Positions 1 through 7,719 of a stretch of 64,000 nt of DNA are shown here, piece by piece (the stretch's first letter is position 1; each line of letters opens with the position of its first letter). Location of the stretch: NCBI GenBank assembly GCA_035527095.1, contig DATLBC010000140.1, forward strand, positions 6,820-70,819, read 5' to 3'. The DNA comes from Ilumatobacteraceae bacterium (GTDB taxonomy: Bacteria; Actinomycetota; Acidimicrobiia; Acidimicrobiales; Ilumatobacteraceae). The position numbers and the translations under genes were made by a program. A model generated the notes under the pieces. It did no database searches. It was not told the origin of the DNA and saw only the letters and a list, made by a program, of their open reading frames with translations.

Positions 1-799
1 GCAGTTCGATCGCCGGCAGGTACTTGGCGCGGATCCGGGCGGCCCCGATCGAGGCGTTTCGGATGTCGTCCGCCTCGGTACGCAACCGCTTCGATTGGAC
101 GGATTCGGCGCCGAAACCCTTGACGACTCGAACCCCGCCGACGGTCTCCTCGACCACCGTGGCCAACTCGGCCTGCTCGGCCTGCACGGCGAGCACCGCC
201 GAGTGGATCGAGTGCGAGAACCGCCGTCCCGCGATGTTGACGAACGGCAGCGGCGCCAGCGCGATGAGTGCGAGTTTCCAGTCGGTTGCGAACAAAATCA
301 CCGAGACGGCGATGATCATCGAGAAGTTCGACAACGTGATCGGAATCATCACGACGAACGACTGGATCTGGTTCAGGTCGCTCGACGAGCGGCTCATCAG
401 CTGACCGGTCTGGGCCCGGTCGTGGTATCCGATGTGCAGCGACAAGATGTGGTTGAACAGTTGCTCGCGAAGACGCGTCTCGGTCCAGCGGGCTTCCCGG
501 AAGGCGTAGAACCGTCGCAGCGCGGTGAACGTGCCGACAGCGACACCGGCGAGCGCGATGAGCGACGCCCACAGCAGCAACATGTCGTCCTGCTCGATAC
601 CGCGGTCGATGCTGTAGCGCACGAGCAGAGGCACCGAGACCTTGCCGACCATCCACAACAGGCCGACCGCACTACCGATGATCAGGTTCTTGCGCTGCGC
701 GCGCAACGTCGACGACAGCAGCTTCCACCGCGACGGCGAATCGTACGCGTCGGTCCCCGGCGCAGGAACCTCGTTCAGCGTTGCGGTGTCAGCACTCAC
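1..799 (-). CDS. ABC transporter, exporter-type transmembrane domain (5' part of the gene; the 3' end lies beyond the window start)
   Basis: The reverse-strand frame is open from the window edge up to GTG at 799, immediately after the TGA at 802..800. My translation reads VSADTATLNEVPAPGTDAYDSPSRWKLLSSTLRAQRKNLIIGSAVGLLWMVGKVSVPLLVRYSIDRGIEQDD...GYHDRAQTGQLMSRSSSDLNQIQSFVVMIPITLSNF..., typical of six-helix ABC exporter membrane domains. It is absent from the ORF track because it runs off the window. Confidence 0.8.
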   Translation of the reverse strand, partial: MSADTATLNEVPAPGTDAYDSPSRWKLLSSTLRAQRKNLIIGSAVGLLWMVGKVSVPLLVRYSIDRGIEQDDMLLLWASLIALAGVAVGTFTALRRFYAFREARWTETRLREQLFNHILSLHIGYHDRAQTGQLMSRSSSDLNQIQSFVVMIPITLSNFSMIIAVSVILFATDWKLALIALAPLPFVNIAGRRFSHSIHSAVLAVQAEQAELATVVEETVGGVRVVKGFGAESVQSKRLRTEADDIRNASIGAARIRAKYLPAIEL

Positions 800-1198
800 T
801 CAACCGGCATCGTTCCCCGACCGCGATGCGAGCGGCGCGAGCAGCTCGGTGACGCGTTCCTTGGGCCGACCGACGATCGCCGTGTCGGCGGTGACCACGA
901 CCGGTCGTTGCAGCAGTTGCTTGTGCTTGACCAACAGGTTCACGATCTGCTCGTCGGTCGCAGCGTCGTCGTCGGTCAATCCGAGCTTCTTCCACATGCT
1001 GTCGCGCCGTACCAGCGCCGTTGGCTCGTCCTCGAGCTTGGCGATGATCGACCGCAGGGTGTCCGCGTCCGGCGGTGTCTTGATGTACATCACGATGTCG
1101 ACCTCGACGCCCAGGTCTTCGGCAATGCGCACGGCATTGACGGAGGAGTTTCAATGCGCGTTGTGGAAGATGGTTGCGACTGCGTTGCTGCTGGCCAT
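800..1198 (-). CDS. ArsC/Spx-family (glutaredoxin-fold) reductase with in-frame TGA at the catalytic Cys position (candidate selenocysteine)
   Basis: The track ORF 800..1132 (…DIVMYIKTPPDADTLRSIIAKLED…LLQRPVVVTADTAIVGRPKERV) extends in the same frame to ATG 1198: MASSNAVATIFHNAH-[TGA 1153..1151]-NSSVNAVRIAEDLGVEV…. This aligns with the E. coli ArsC N-terminus ITIYHNPAC(12)GTSRNTLEMIRNSG, with the TGA opposite Cys12. Confidence 0.65.
1123..1139 (-). other. SECIS-like hairpin downstream of the arsC-like TGA
   Basis: On the coding strand, 11 nt after the TGA: CAAUGC-CGUGC-GCAUUG, a 6-bp perfect stem with a 5-nt loop containing GU. Confidence 0.4.
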
Positions 1199-1313
1199 GC
1201 GTCGAGGTTACGACCTGATTGGAACACCGCTCTCATCGGTTGTGCGGGGAGATCGATAGTGTCAGTGGCACCGACTTCCTCCTTCGCAGATCATCTCGAC
1301 CGAAGGAGACGTC

Positions 1314-1745
1314 ATGTCTCGCGACCGCATGTTCCGCCGGGTGCCGAGAGGTGGCATCGACCCGATCCGCTGCGCCGACGATGCGCTGGCCGTCCTCGCG
1401 CTGGCCGCACCGTACGATCACGACACCATCGTCGTCCTGCTCGACGCCAACCGTTGCGGCTCGTCGGTGATGGTCGTCACGGACACCATCGATCACGACG
1501 CATTGTTCGAGGTGATCGGCGTCTGCGTCGCTTCGGCCGCGCCGCAGACGGCGATCGAGGCGATGATCGTGGCCTCGAGCCGACCCGACGGCGATGTCGA
1601 GCCGGACGATGTCCATCGATGGCTGGAGGCCAGCGACCAATGCCGCGCCGGCGGCCTCGAGTTGGTCGAGTGGTTCGTGCTCGGCCGGTCGGGCCCGAGA
1701 CTCCCCCGCGAACTGTTCGGTGAGCGCGATCGGTGGGCGCCATGA
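1314..1745 (+). CDS. hypothetical protein
   Basis: 143-aa ORF with ATG start preceded by GAAGGAG, genome-typical G/C third positions and a non-repetitive composition. I recognised no family. Confidence 0.55.
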   Translation: MSRDRMFRRVPRGGIDPIRCADDALAVLALAAPYDHDTIVVLLDANRCGSSVMVVTDTIDHDALFEVIGVCVASAAPQTAIEAMIVASSRPDGDVEPDDVHRWLEASDQCRAGGLELVEWFVLGRSGPRLPRELFGERDRWAP

Positions 1746-1768
1746 CCGAAGTGCGCGATCTCCGAGCA

Positions 1769-2047
1769 TCACCCCGTGCGGGCGCGACGTTCGGCCGGCG
1801 TCAGTCGCAGGCCGGCGGCGCGCAGACGCCGGACCAGCTCGCGACTCTCGACCTGCTCCGCGCCGGCGGCGATCAGTTCGGCTCGGTACTCCTCGGGGAT
1901 GTCGTAATGGTCGCCTTGGAACCCTCGACGGGGGATACCGGTGCGGTCGGCGAACTCGTGCAGTTCGTCGTACGACGAGTCGCTGACGAGGTGGCACCAC
2001 CTCTTGCCTCGCCACCACCAGCGCGCTTCGTCGATCAGGATCGTCAC
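1769..2047 (-). CDS. DUF4031-like protein
   Basis: VTILIDEARWWWRGKRWCHLVSDSSYDELHEFADRTGIPRRGFQGDHYDIPEEYR matches the DUF4031 signature as I remember it. I chose the GTG at 2047 rather than the longest ORF start at 2077. Confidence 0.7.
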   Translation of the reverse strand: MTILIDEARWWWRGKRWCHLVSDSSYDELHEFADRTGIPRRGFQGDHYDIPEEYRAELIAAGAEQVESRELVRRLRAAGLRLTPAERRARTG

Positions 2048-2084
2048 CGCATCACCCTGCCACGACCGCTGGCACACTGGTGCG

Positions 2085-2717
2085 ATGAGCGACCGAGACC
2101 TCGAACTGGACGTTGCCTGGCAGCGCCACGTCGCGACCGACCGAACGCTCCTCGACGGGTTGCTCGCGCGTCATCGGGAGAAACACCGGCGCTACCACAC
2201 CGCCACTCACGTTGCGTGGGTGATCCGTCACGTCGACGAGCTCGCCACCGCGGAACCGGTCGAGCACCTCGACGAGGTGATGGCCGCCGCGTTCTACCAC
2301 GACGCCGTCTACGAACCCACGTATCCGGCCAACGAGCGAGCAAGCGCACGGCTGGCCCGCCGCGACCTCGCCTCGATCGGCTGGCGCGACGACGCGGTCG
2401 GCCGCGTCGGCTCGATGATCGAGGCGACCGAACACGACGCAACGAACACCGAACAGCCACAGGGTGACACGGCGATCCTGCTCGATGCCGACCTCGCGAT
2501 CCTCGGCGCCGACCCAGCCGGCTACGCCGCCTACGTCACCGGCATCCGAGGTGAATACCGACACGTCACCGACGACGGCTGGCGCACGGGACGCGCCAAG
2601 GTCCTGCGCGACTTCCTGGAACGCCCGACGATCTACCTCACCCCGACGGGCCGAGAACGGTGGGAGCCCCGAGCCCGCGCCAACCTGGCTGCCGAACTGG
2701 CGCCGCTGGCCGACTGA
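2085..2717 (+). CDS. HD-domain metal-dependent phosphohydrolase-like protein
   Basis: ATG at 2085 lies inside track ORF 1941..2717. Motifs are HRRYHTATHV… and AAFYHDAVYE (H…HD). The upstream part of the long ORF is low-complexity and overlaps the divergent gene. Confidence 0.7.
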   Translation: MSDRDLELDVAWQRHVATDRTLLDGLLARHREKHRRYHTATHVAWVIRHVDELATAEPVEHLDEVMAAAFYHDAVYEPTYPANERASARLARRDLASIGWRDDAVGRVGSMIEATEHDATNTEQPQGDTAILLDADLAILGADPAGYAAYVTGIRGEYRHVTDDGWRTGRAKVLRDFLERPTIYLTPTGRERWEPRARANLAAELAPLAD

Positions 2718-2718
2718 C

Positions 2719-3993
2719 TCAGGGCGTCGTCACCTCGGCGATTGCACCGATCTCGTCGAGTGGAATGCCGTGCTCGATCTCGAGCTGTACCTCGCGCTCG
2801 AGGATCCCGTATCCGACCACGGTCGCGAGCGTGACCGAACCCATCACTACGATCGCGCCGCGCAGACCCATCGCCTCCGCGAGCAGACCGAGCGGCGCCG
2901 CGGCGATCCCGAAACCGGCGAAGCTGAGCATCATCAGCGACTGGACCCGACCCTGATGCGTGTCGCCGGTCATGTTGAGTGCGATCGAGTTCGACAGCGA
3001 CTGGTAGCCAGTCGTCCCCGCCCCGATGAACGCCACAACGAGGATGCCAATTCCGAAGAGCGGCGACAGCCCGAGCGCGATCACGGCGACGCCGAACAGC
3101 AGACCCGAGCCGACCATCAGCTTCCAGACTCCTGCACCGTCGGCTCGACTGGCGAGCGGCACGGCAACCGCGACCGCTCCGATCGAACTCGCCGACATGA
3201 TGATCCCGACCCAGCCGTCGCCGAGACCGAACTCGCCCTTGACCAGCGCCGGGATGAACGCCACGTAGTTGAAGCCGAACATGATGATCACGAACGAACT
3301 GAGCACGAGGCGTCGCAGGTGTGGCCGGGCGGCGACGTAGCGGACACCGTCGACGATCTCGGCGAGCGGGCTCGCTGTCGACGTCGCTCGCGGTGCCGAC
3401 CCGGGCGGGCAGCGGATGTAGAGCGCGAACGACAGCAGTGAGAACGCTGCCGAGACGACATACGCGCCACCGATGCCGATGAACACGATTCCGGCGAGTG
3501 CTCCGGCAAACGCAGGAGCGATGACGCGGGTGCCGTTCATGCTCAACATCGACAGCGTGATCGCATTGCCGAGCTGGTCACGGCCGACGATCTCGGACGT
3601 GAACGCCACCCTGGTCGGACCGAGGAACCCGAATGCGATCCCCTGGGTCACCGCGGCCACGAGCAACATCCAGAACTCGACGACATCGGTCAGCACCACG
3701 ACCCCCATGCCGGCTGCCGCGGCCAGAATCGCTCCCTGGCTCACGATGAGCACGCGGCGCTTCGGGAGCCGGTCAGCCGCGACTCCGCCGAGCGGGGTCG
3801 CGATCAACAGCGCGATCCCGAAACAGAGGTAGACGAGCCCGAGCGCGCCTTCGCGTTCGGTGAGATCCCACGCCAGCACCCCGCGCAAGAGGAACTGCAT
3901 CTGCACCGACATGAACGAGAACGTGCCCGCCCACCACAGCTTGCGATAGTCGAGGTTCTGGAGCGACGCAAATGAAGCCTCGAACCGCGACAT
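2719..3993 (-). CDS. MFS transporter
   Basis: The internal ATG at 3993 gives MSRFEASFASLQNLDYRKLWWAGTFSFMSVQMQFLLRGVLAWDLT… followed by about 12 hydrophobic segments. The 95-aa N-terminal extension of track ORF 2719..4278 is S/R-rich and overlaps the malic enzyme gene. Confidence 0.85.
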   Translation of the reverse strand: MSRFEASFASLQNLDYRKLWWAGTFSFMSVQMQFLLRGVLAWDLTEREGALGLVYLCFGIALLIATPLGGVAADRLPKRRVLIVSQGAILAAAAGMGVVVLTDVVEFWMLLVAAVTQGIAFGFLGPTRVAFTSEIVGRDQLGNAITLSMLSMNGTRVIAPAFAGALAGIVFIGIGGAYVVSAAFSLLSFALYIRCPPGSAPRATSTASPLAEIVDGVRYVAARPHLRRLVLSSFVIIMFGFNYVAFIPALVKGEFGLGDGWVGIIMSASSIGAVAVAVPLASRADGAGVWKLMVGSGLLFGVAVIALGLSPLFGIGILVVAFIGAGTTGYQSLSNSIALNMTGDTHQGRVQSLMMLSFAGFGIAAAPLGLLAEAMGLRGAIVVMGSVTLATVVGYGILEREVQLEIEHGIPLDEIGAIAEVTTP

Positions 3994-4018
3994 TGCCCTA
4001 CCCTGCCCGATCCTGCGC

Positions 4019-4049
4019 TGGTTCCCCGAGCCCAGGTCTCGGGGAACCA
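4019..4049 (-). terminator. perfect 10-12 bp hairpin just downstream of the malic-enzyme stop; shares its core with the element at 18055..18114
   Basis: GTTCCCCGAG (4021-4030) and CTCGGGGAAC (4038-4047) form an inverted repeat with a 7-nt loop, extendable by 2 bp. It lies between the stop at 4058 and the MFS start at 3993. Confidence 0.5.
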
Positions 4050-4057
4050 CGACCGGA

Positions 4058-5293
4058 TCAGCTGCGGACGAAGCCCTGCTCGAGCGCCATGGCACGAACC
4101 GCGTCCGCAACAGCATCGGCAACACCCGGCTCGAACGCTCCCGGGATGACCCGCTGGGCAACCGGTTCGGTGACGAGCGAGGCGAGCGCGTCAGCGGCAG
4201 CGCGCTTGATCTCGATCGTGCAGCGTGTGGCCTGGACGTCGAGGAGACCGCGGAACACGCCCGGGAAGGCGAGCACATTGTTGATCTGGTTCGGGTAGTC
4301 GCTGCGCCCCGTGGCGATCACCTTGACGTTGTCGGGCATCAGCTCGGGCATCACCTCGGGTGTCGGGTTGGCCATGGCGAACACGATCGCATCGTCGGCC
4401 ATCTCACCGAGCCACTCGGGCTGGATGATGCCGGGACCGGAGAGCCCGAGCAGCACATCGGCGCCCTGGAGGGCTTCGCGGACGCCGCCACGCCGGTCGT
4501 CGCAGTTGCCGTTCTCGACGAACCACTGCTTGGTCGGTGTCAGGTTCTGGCGTTCGCGATGGAGGATGCCCGTGCTGTCGACACCGATGATGTCGCCGGT
4601 GCCGTCCTGGCCGACACGAGCGTCGTGCAGCAACTCGGCGACCGCAACTCCCGCAGCGCCGGTACCGACGATGACCACACGCAACTCCTCGACACGCTTG
4701 CCGACCACCTCGGCTGCGTTGATCAACGCAGCGAGGGCGACGATCGCAGTGCCGTGCTGGTCGTCGTGGAACACTGGGATGTCGAGCGCCTCCTGCAGAC
4801 GGCGTTCGATCTCGAAGCATTCGGGAGCCTTGATGTCCTCGAGGTTGATCCCACCGAACGTCGGGGCGATCGCCGTACCGATCGCCACCATCTCGTCGAC
4901 GGTGCGCGCGTTGACGCACACGGGATAGGCATCGACGCCACCGAACTGCTTGAAGAGGACGGCCTTGCCCTCCATGACGGCCATCGCCGCCTCGGGGCCG
5001 ATGTCGCCGAGACCCAACACCGCAGTGCCGTTCGACAGCACGGCCACGGCGTTCGATCGCCCGGTGAGCGTCCACACGCGGGCCGGCTCGTCGGCGATTG
5101 CCTGTGACACCCGTCCCACGCCAGGCGTGTAGGCGAGCGAGAGATCCTCGGGTCCGTCGATGGGCACTCGCGAGGCGATCTCGAGTTTGCCGCCCTGATG
5201 CAGGACGAACGCCGGGTCGTCGGTGTATGGATCGGTCATGTCGATCCCGTCGGGGATGGTCGTCTCGACGGTGTTGTTCTGCTTCGTGGTCAT
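4058..5293 (-). CDS. NAD(P)-dependent malic enzyme (short, about 410-aa bacterial type)
   Basis: …LSLAYTPGVGRVSQAI…GTAVLGLGDIGPEAAMAVMEGKAVLFKQFGGVDAYPVCV…FGGINLEDIKAPECFEIERRL…IPVFHDDQHGTAIV…VIVGTGAAGVAV…FAMANPTPEV… are hallmark malic-enzyme motifs. Confidence 0.95.
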   Translation of the reverse strand: MTTKQNNTVETTIPDGIDMTDPYTDDPAFVLHQGGKLEIASRVPIDGPEDLSLAYTPGVGRVSQAIADEPARVWTLTGRSNAVAVLSNGTAVLGLGDIGPEAAMAVMEGKAVLFKQFGGVDAYPVCVNARTVDEMVAIGTAIAPTFGGINLEDIKAPECFEIERRLQEALDIPVFHDDQHGTAIVALAALINAAEVVGKRVEELRVVIVGTGAAGVAVAELLHDARVGQDGTGDIIGVDSTGILHRERQNLTPTKQWFVENGNCDDRRGGVREALQGADVLLGLSGPGIIQPEWLGEMADDAIVFAMANPTPEVMPELMPDNVKVIATGRSDYPNQINNVLAFPGVFRGLLDVQATRCTIEIKRAAADALASLVTEPVAQRVIPGAFEPGVADAVADAVRAMALEQGFVRS

Positions 5294-5564
5294 GGTCGGT
5301 CCTTCGTGGGGAGTAACGGGGTGTCCCGAAGACCTGCAGCGGAGCCCGCCGCCGGTTTCCGGCTGGGTCGGGCGAGTTCGACGAATACTCAGCGCTGGCG
5401 CTGAACTCGTGTCCCCCGCCTGACCCGTACCGGAATGAGTACGGGTGCGGGGCCGCGTGCTGCCACTGCACCTGCTGCCGCTGCTGCGGCGGCGGCTGCC
5501 GCTACTGCGGCGACAATGACGATGAGCACGTGACGCACCCTACCGGATCTGTTTGACTGACACC

Positions 5565-5855
5565 ATGACCGACCTCGAAACGATGCCTGTCGAGCGTGTC
5601 GATGTCGACACCGACGAGACCACCGAAACCGGCGAACCGACCGCTGCTCACATCGTCAAGACCAAGCGCGGCGAGAATGCCGCAGCGGTCGTGTTGGAGG
5701 CGCGAGTGATGGGCACTCCGATCGAGGCGCTGTGCGGGTTCGTGTGGGTGCCCTCTCGCGATCCCAAGCAGTTGCCGGTGTGCGAGAAGTGCAAGAGCGT
5801 CTACGGGATGTACAAAGCGTTCAACGACGGCTTGAGCGACACGCCGAACGACTGA
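5565..5855 (+). CDS. DUF3039-like protein
   Basis: …AAHIVKTKRGENAAAVVLEARVMGTPIEALCGFVWVPSRDPKQLPVCEKCKSVY… resembles the conserved actinobacterial DUF3039 core (ALCG…P.CP.CK..Y). I chose ATG 5565; a TTG at 5553 is the alternative. Confidence 0.75.
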   Translation: MTDLETMPVERVDVDTDETTETGEPTAAHIVKTKRGENAAAVVLEARVMGTPIEALCGFVWVPSRDPKQLPVCEKCKSVYGMYKAFNDGLSDTPND

Positions 5856-5864
5856 CCCCCCCCG

Positions 5865-6356
5865 ATGGCCCAACTCCGCATCCGCCAGGCGGTGCGCGCG
5901 CTCCTCGTCACACCCGACCAGCACATCCTGCTCGTCCGTTTCGAGTTCCCGACCCGCACGGTGTGGGCGCTGCCCGGCGGCGGCCTCGACCCGGGCGAGA
6001 CGCACATCGACGCGTTGCACCGCGAGCTGATCGAAGAGGTCGGGCTGCACGATCCTGTCGTCGGTGCGCACGTCTGGGATCGCGAACACCTCATCGCCCA
6101 CGACGACGGCCTGTGGGACGGTCAACGCGACCGCTACTACCTTGTCGAGACGGTCGAGCGGTTCGAGCCGGCGCCGGCGCTGAGTTGGGAACAACTGCGC
6201 GCCGAGCGGCTCCACGAGTTGCGCTGGTGGCACATCGACGACATCGAACGGGCCACGATTGATGGCGCGTGGTTCTCGCCTCGAGCGCTCGCTGCCCATC
6301 TCCGGGTACTGATCAGCGACGGGCCGCCGGCAGCGCCAATCGACACCGGCGTGTGA
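5865..6356 (+). CDS. NUDIX hydrolase
   Basis: Nudix box: WALPGGGLDPGETHIDALHRELIEEVGL. Confidence 0.85.
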   Translation: MAQLRIRQAVRALLVTPDQHILLVRFEFPTRTVWALPGGGLDPGETHIDALHRELIEEVGLHDPVVGAHVWDREHLIAHDDGLWDGQRDRYYLVETVERFEPAPALSWEQLRAERLHELRWWHIDDIERATIDGAWFSPRALAAHLRVLISDGPPAAPIDTGV

Positions 6357-6365
6357 CAGGCGCGG

Positions 6366-6605
6366 TCACTCGGTGACTGTGTGGGCGACCAGCACGTTGT
6401 GCGGCGCCCGCTTGATCACGTCGCCTGCCGCCGAACCGGGCACCCGGCTCAACCCTCGGACTCGGCGCTTGCCGACGACGATCGTTCGGGCCTGGAGCCG
6501 CTCAGCCTCGACACACAGCACCGTGGCGGGGTCCCCCTGGCCGATTGTTCGACTGATCGACGGACCCTTTGGCCCGAGCACATACGCGTATTGATCAGCA
6601 TCCAA
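6366..6605 (-). pseudogene. universal stress protein (UspA family), C-terminal remnant only
   Basis: …GDPATVLCVEAERLQARTIVVGKRRVRGLSRVPGSAAGDVIKRAPHNVLVAHT is the C-terminal half of a USP domain with a degenerate G-x2-G-x9-G-S motif. The frame is closed by TAA at 6608..6606 and the upstream sequence is AT-rich non-coding, so the N-terminal half is missing. Confidence 0.55.
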
Positions 6606-6796
6606 TTACACCGTCAGACTTGTCGATCTACTCGGTCGTCACCCCAACAATGCACACGATTTGGGACGAATCTCCAGCTATTCATCTGTGTATGCAACTA
6701 TTACTCGCGCAATGTATTGGAGAATTGACCCCGACATATTCCTTGTATTTCGGCAATGATTTGGTTAACGTTTGCTGGATAGGGAAGGGGACGGAC

Positions 6797-7231
6797 ATGG
6801 GGTCAATTCACAAGTCGATCGCGCTTCTTGCGCTGGGGTCGCTGATATTCGTGGGGTCTGCATGCGGGTCTGACGACGACGGGGGAAGTAGCGGTTCAAC
6901 ACAACTCGAGGCGACGCTGTCCGACTTCCAGTTCGAGCCTGACAGTTGGACCGCTGCGGCCGACGAGGACGTGACGATCGCCCTGACGAACGACGGAGCC
7001 GTCGCCCACGAATGGGTGATCCTGCAACCGGACGTCACCATCGCGAGCGAAGCCGATCTTCCCGCCACAGAGGAAGAACTGCTTGCCGACTTCGTGCTCA
7101 CCGAGACCGAGGTGGAACCCGGCGAGACGCAGGACATGGTCTTCAACGTGCCGGCCGGGACATACCAGATCATCTGCGCCATCGAAACCCATTTCGACGC
7201 CGGCATGGAGGGCACGCTCACCGTCGAGTGA
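6797..7231 (+). CDS. cupredoxin (type-1 blue copper) lipoprotein
   Basis: ATG 6797 follows GGGAAGGGG. The signal peptide with Cys reads MGSIHKSIALLALGSLIFVGSAC. Copper ligand pattern is …AVAHEW… and YQIICAIETHFDAGMEG (C-x4-H-x4-M). Confidence 0.85.
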   Translation: MGSIHKSIALLALGSLIFVGSACGSDDDGGSSGSTQLEATLSDFQFEPDSWTAAADEDVTIALTNDGAVAHEWVILQPDVTIASEADLPATEEELLADFVLTETEVEPGETQDMVFNVPAGTYQIICAIETHFDAGMEGTLTVE

Positions 7232-7235
7232 TGCC

Positions 7236-7694
7236 ATGTTCTCCAAGTCCGATCATCGAGGCATCACGAACGGTCGTGCATCCGCACTTGCGTCGATGCT
7301 CGCATCAGTTGCGCTGACGCTGGGGGTTGCGGGGTGCGGGCCCGACGGACCCGACATGGTGGGCGGGCAGATCGTCGACGTCGACGACACCGACGACGTC
7401 GCGCTCAGTTCGGGCGACTCGGTTCGAATCGCCATGTCCGAATTCGAGTTCTCCCCCCACGAATTCATCGCCGAGCCCGGCGATTACTCCGGCGAACTCG
7501 TCAACGAGGGAGCGGTGCTGCACAATCTGACATTCGCCGACGGCACGTCGTACCCGGTGGCACCGGGCGAGTCCGTCACGATCGAGTTGCTGGTGCCCGA
7601 TGACGGCCTGACGTTCTTCTGCTCGATCGAAGGCCACGAAGCCGCCGGTATGACTGGCGAGATCCACACACCAGAGACGCACGACAGCACCTGA
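7236..7694 (+). CDS. cupredoxin (type-1 blue copper) lipoprotein, paralog
   Basis: ATG 7236. The lipobox is LTLGVAGC. Ligand pattern is …AVLHNL… and FFCSIEGHEAAGMTG (C-x4-H-x4-M). It sits in tandem, 4 nt after the previous gene. Confidence 0.85.
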   Translation: MFSKSDHRGITNGRASALASMLASVALTLGVAGCGPDGPDMVGGQIVDVDDTDDVALSSGDSVRIAMSEFEFSPHEFIAEPGDYSGELVNEGAVLHNLTFADGTSYPVAPGESVTIELLVPDDGLTFFCSIEGHEAAGMTGEIHTPETHDST

Positions 7695-7719
7695 CGGCCA
7701 CCATCTCGGTCGTGCACCC

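Noticed and set aside
95-1723. 542-aa plus-strand ORF, the longest ORF at the left end of the window.
   Set aside because: The translation is extremely R/D/H/P-rich and low-complexity. It runs antisense to the clearly recognisable ABC-transporter and ArsC-like genes and across a divergent promoter region. This is a typical shadow ORF of GC-rich DNA.
5434-5535. ATG-initiated 33-codon poly-Ala ORF (MSTGAGPRAATAPAAAAAAAAAATAATMTMST), and a minus-strand GTG ORF (VRHVLIVIVAAVAAAAAAAAAGAV…) through the same repeat.
   Set aside because: Their codon third positions are dominated by rare T/A-ending Ala codons (GCT/GCA), unlike real genes here. They are alternative readings of the (TGC)n-like tract. 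The Cys frame has the coding-like bias and is reported separately as a finding.
5294-5552. Possible tRNA-Sec (selC), another tRNA, or a riboswitch in the 259-nt gap upstream of the malic enzyme gene.
   Set aside because: I could find no acceptor/T-arm pairing, no GTTCRANYC T-loop and no UCA anticodon loop context. Only local hairpins (5378..5410, 5423..5446) and a trinucleotide-repeat tract are present. No known riboswitch core was recognised.
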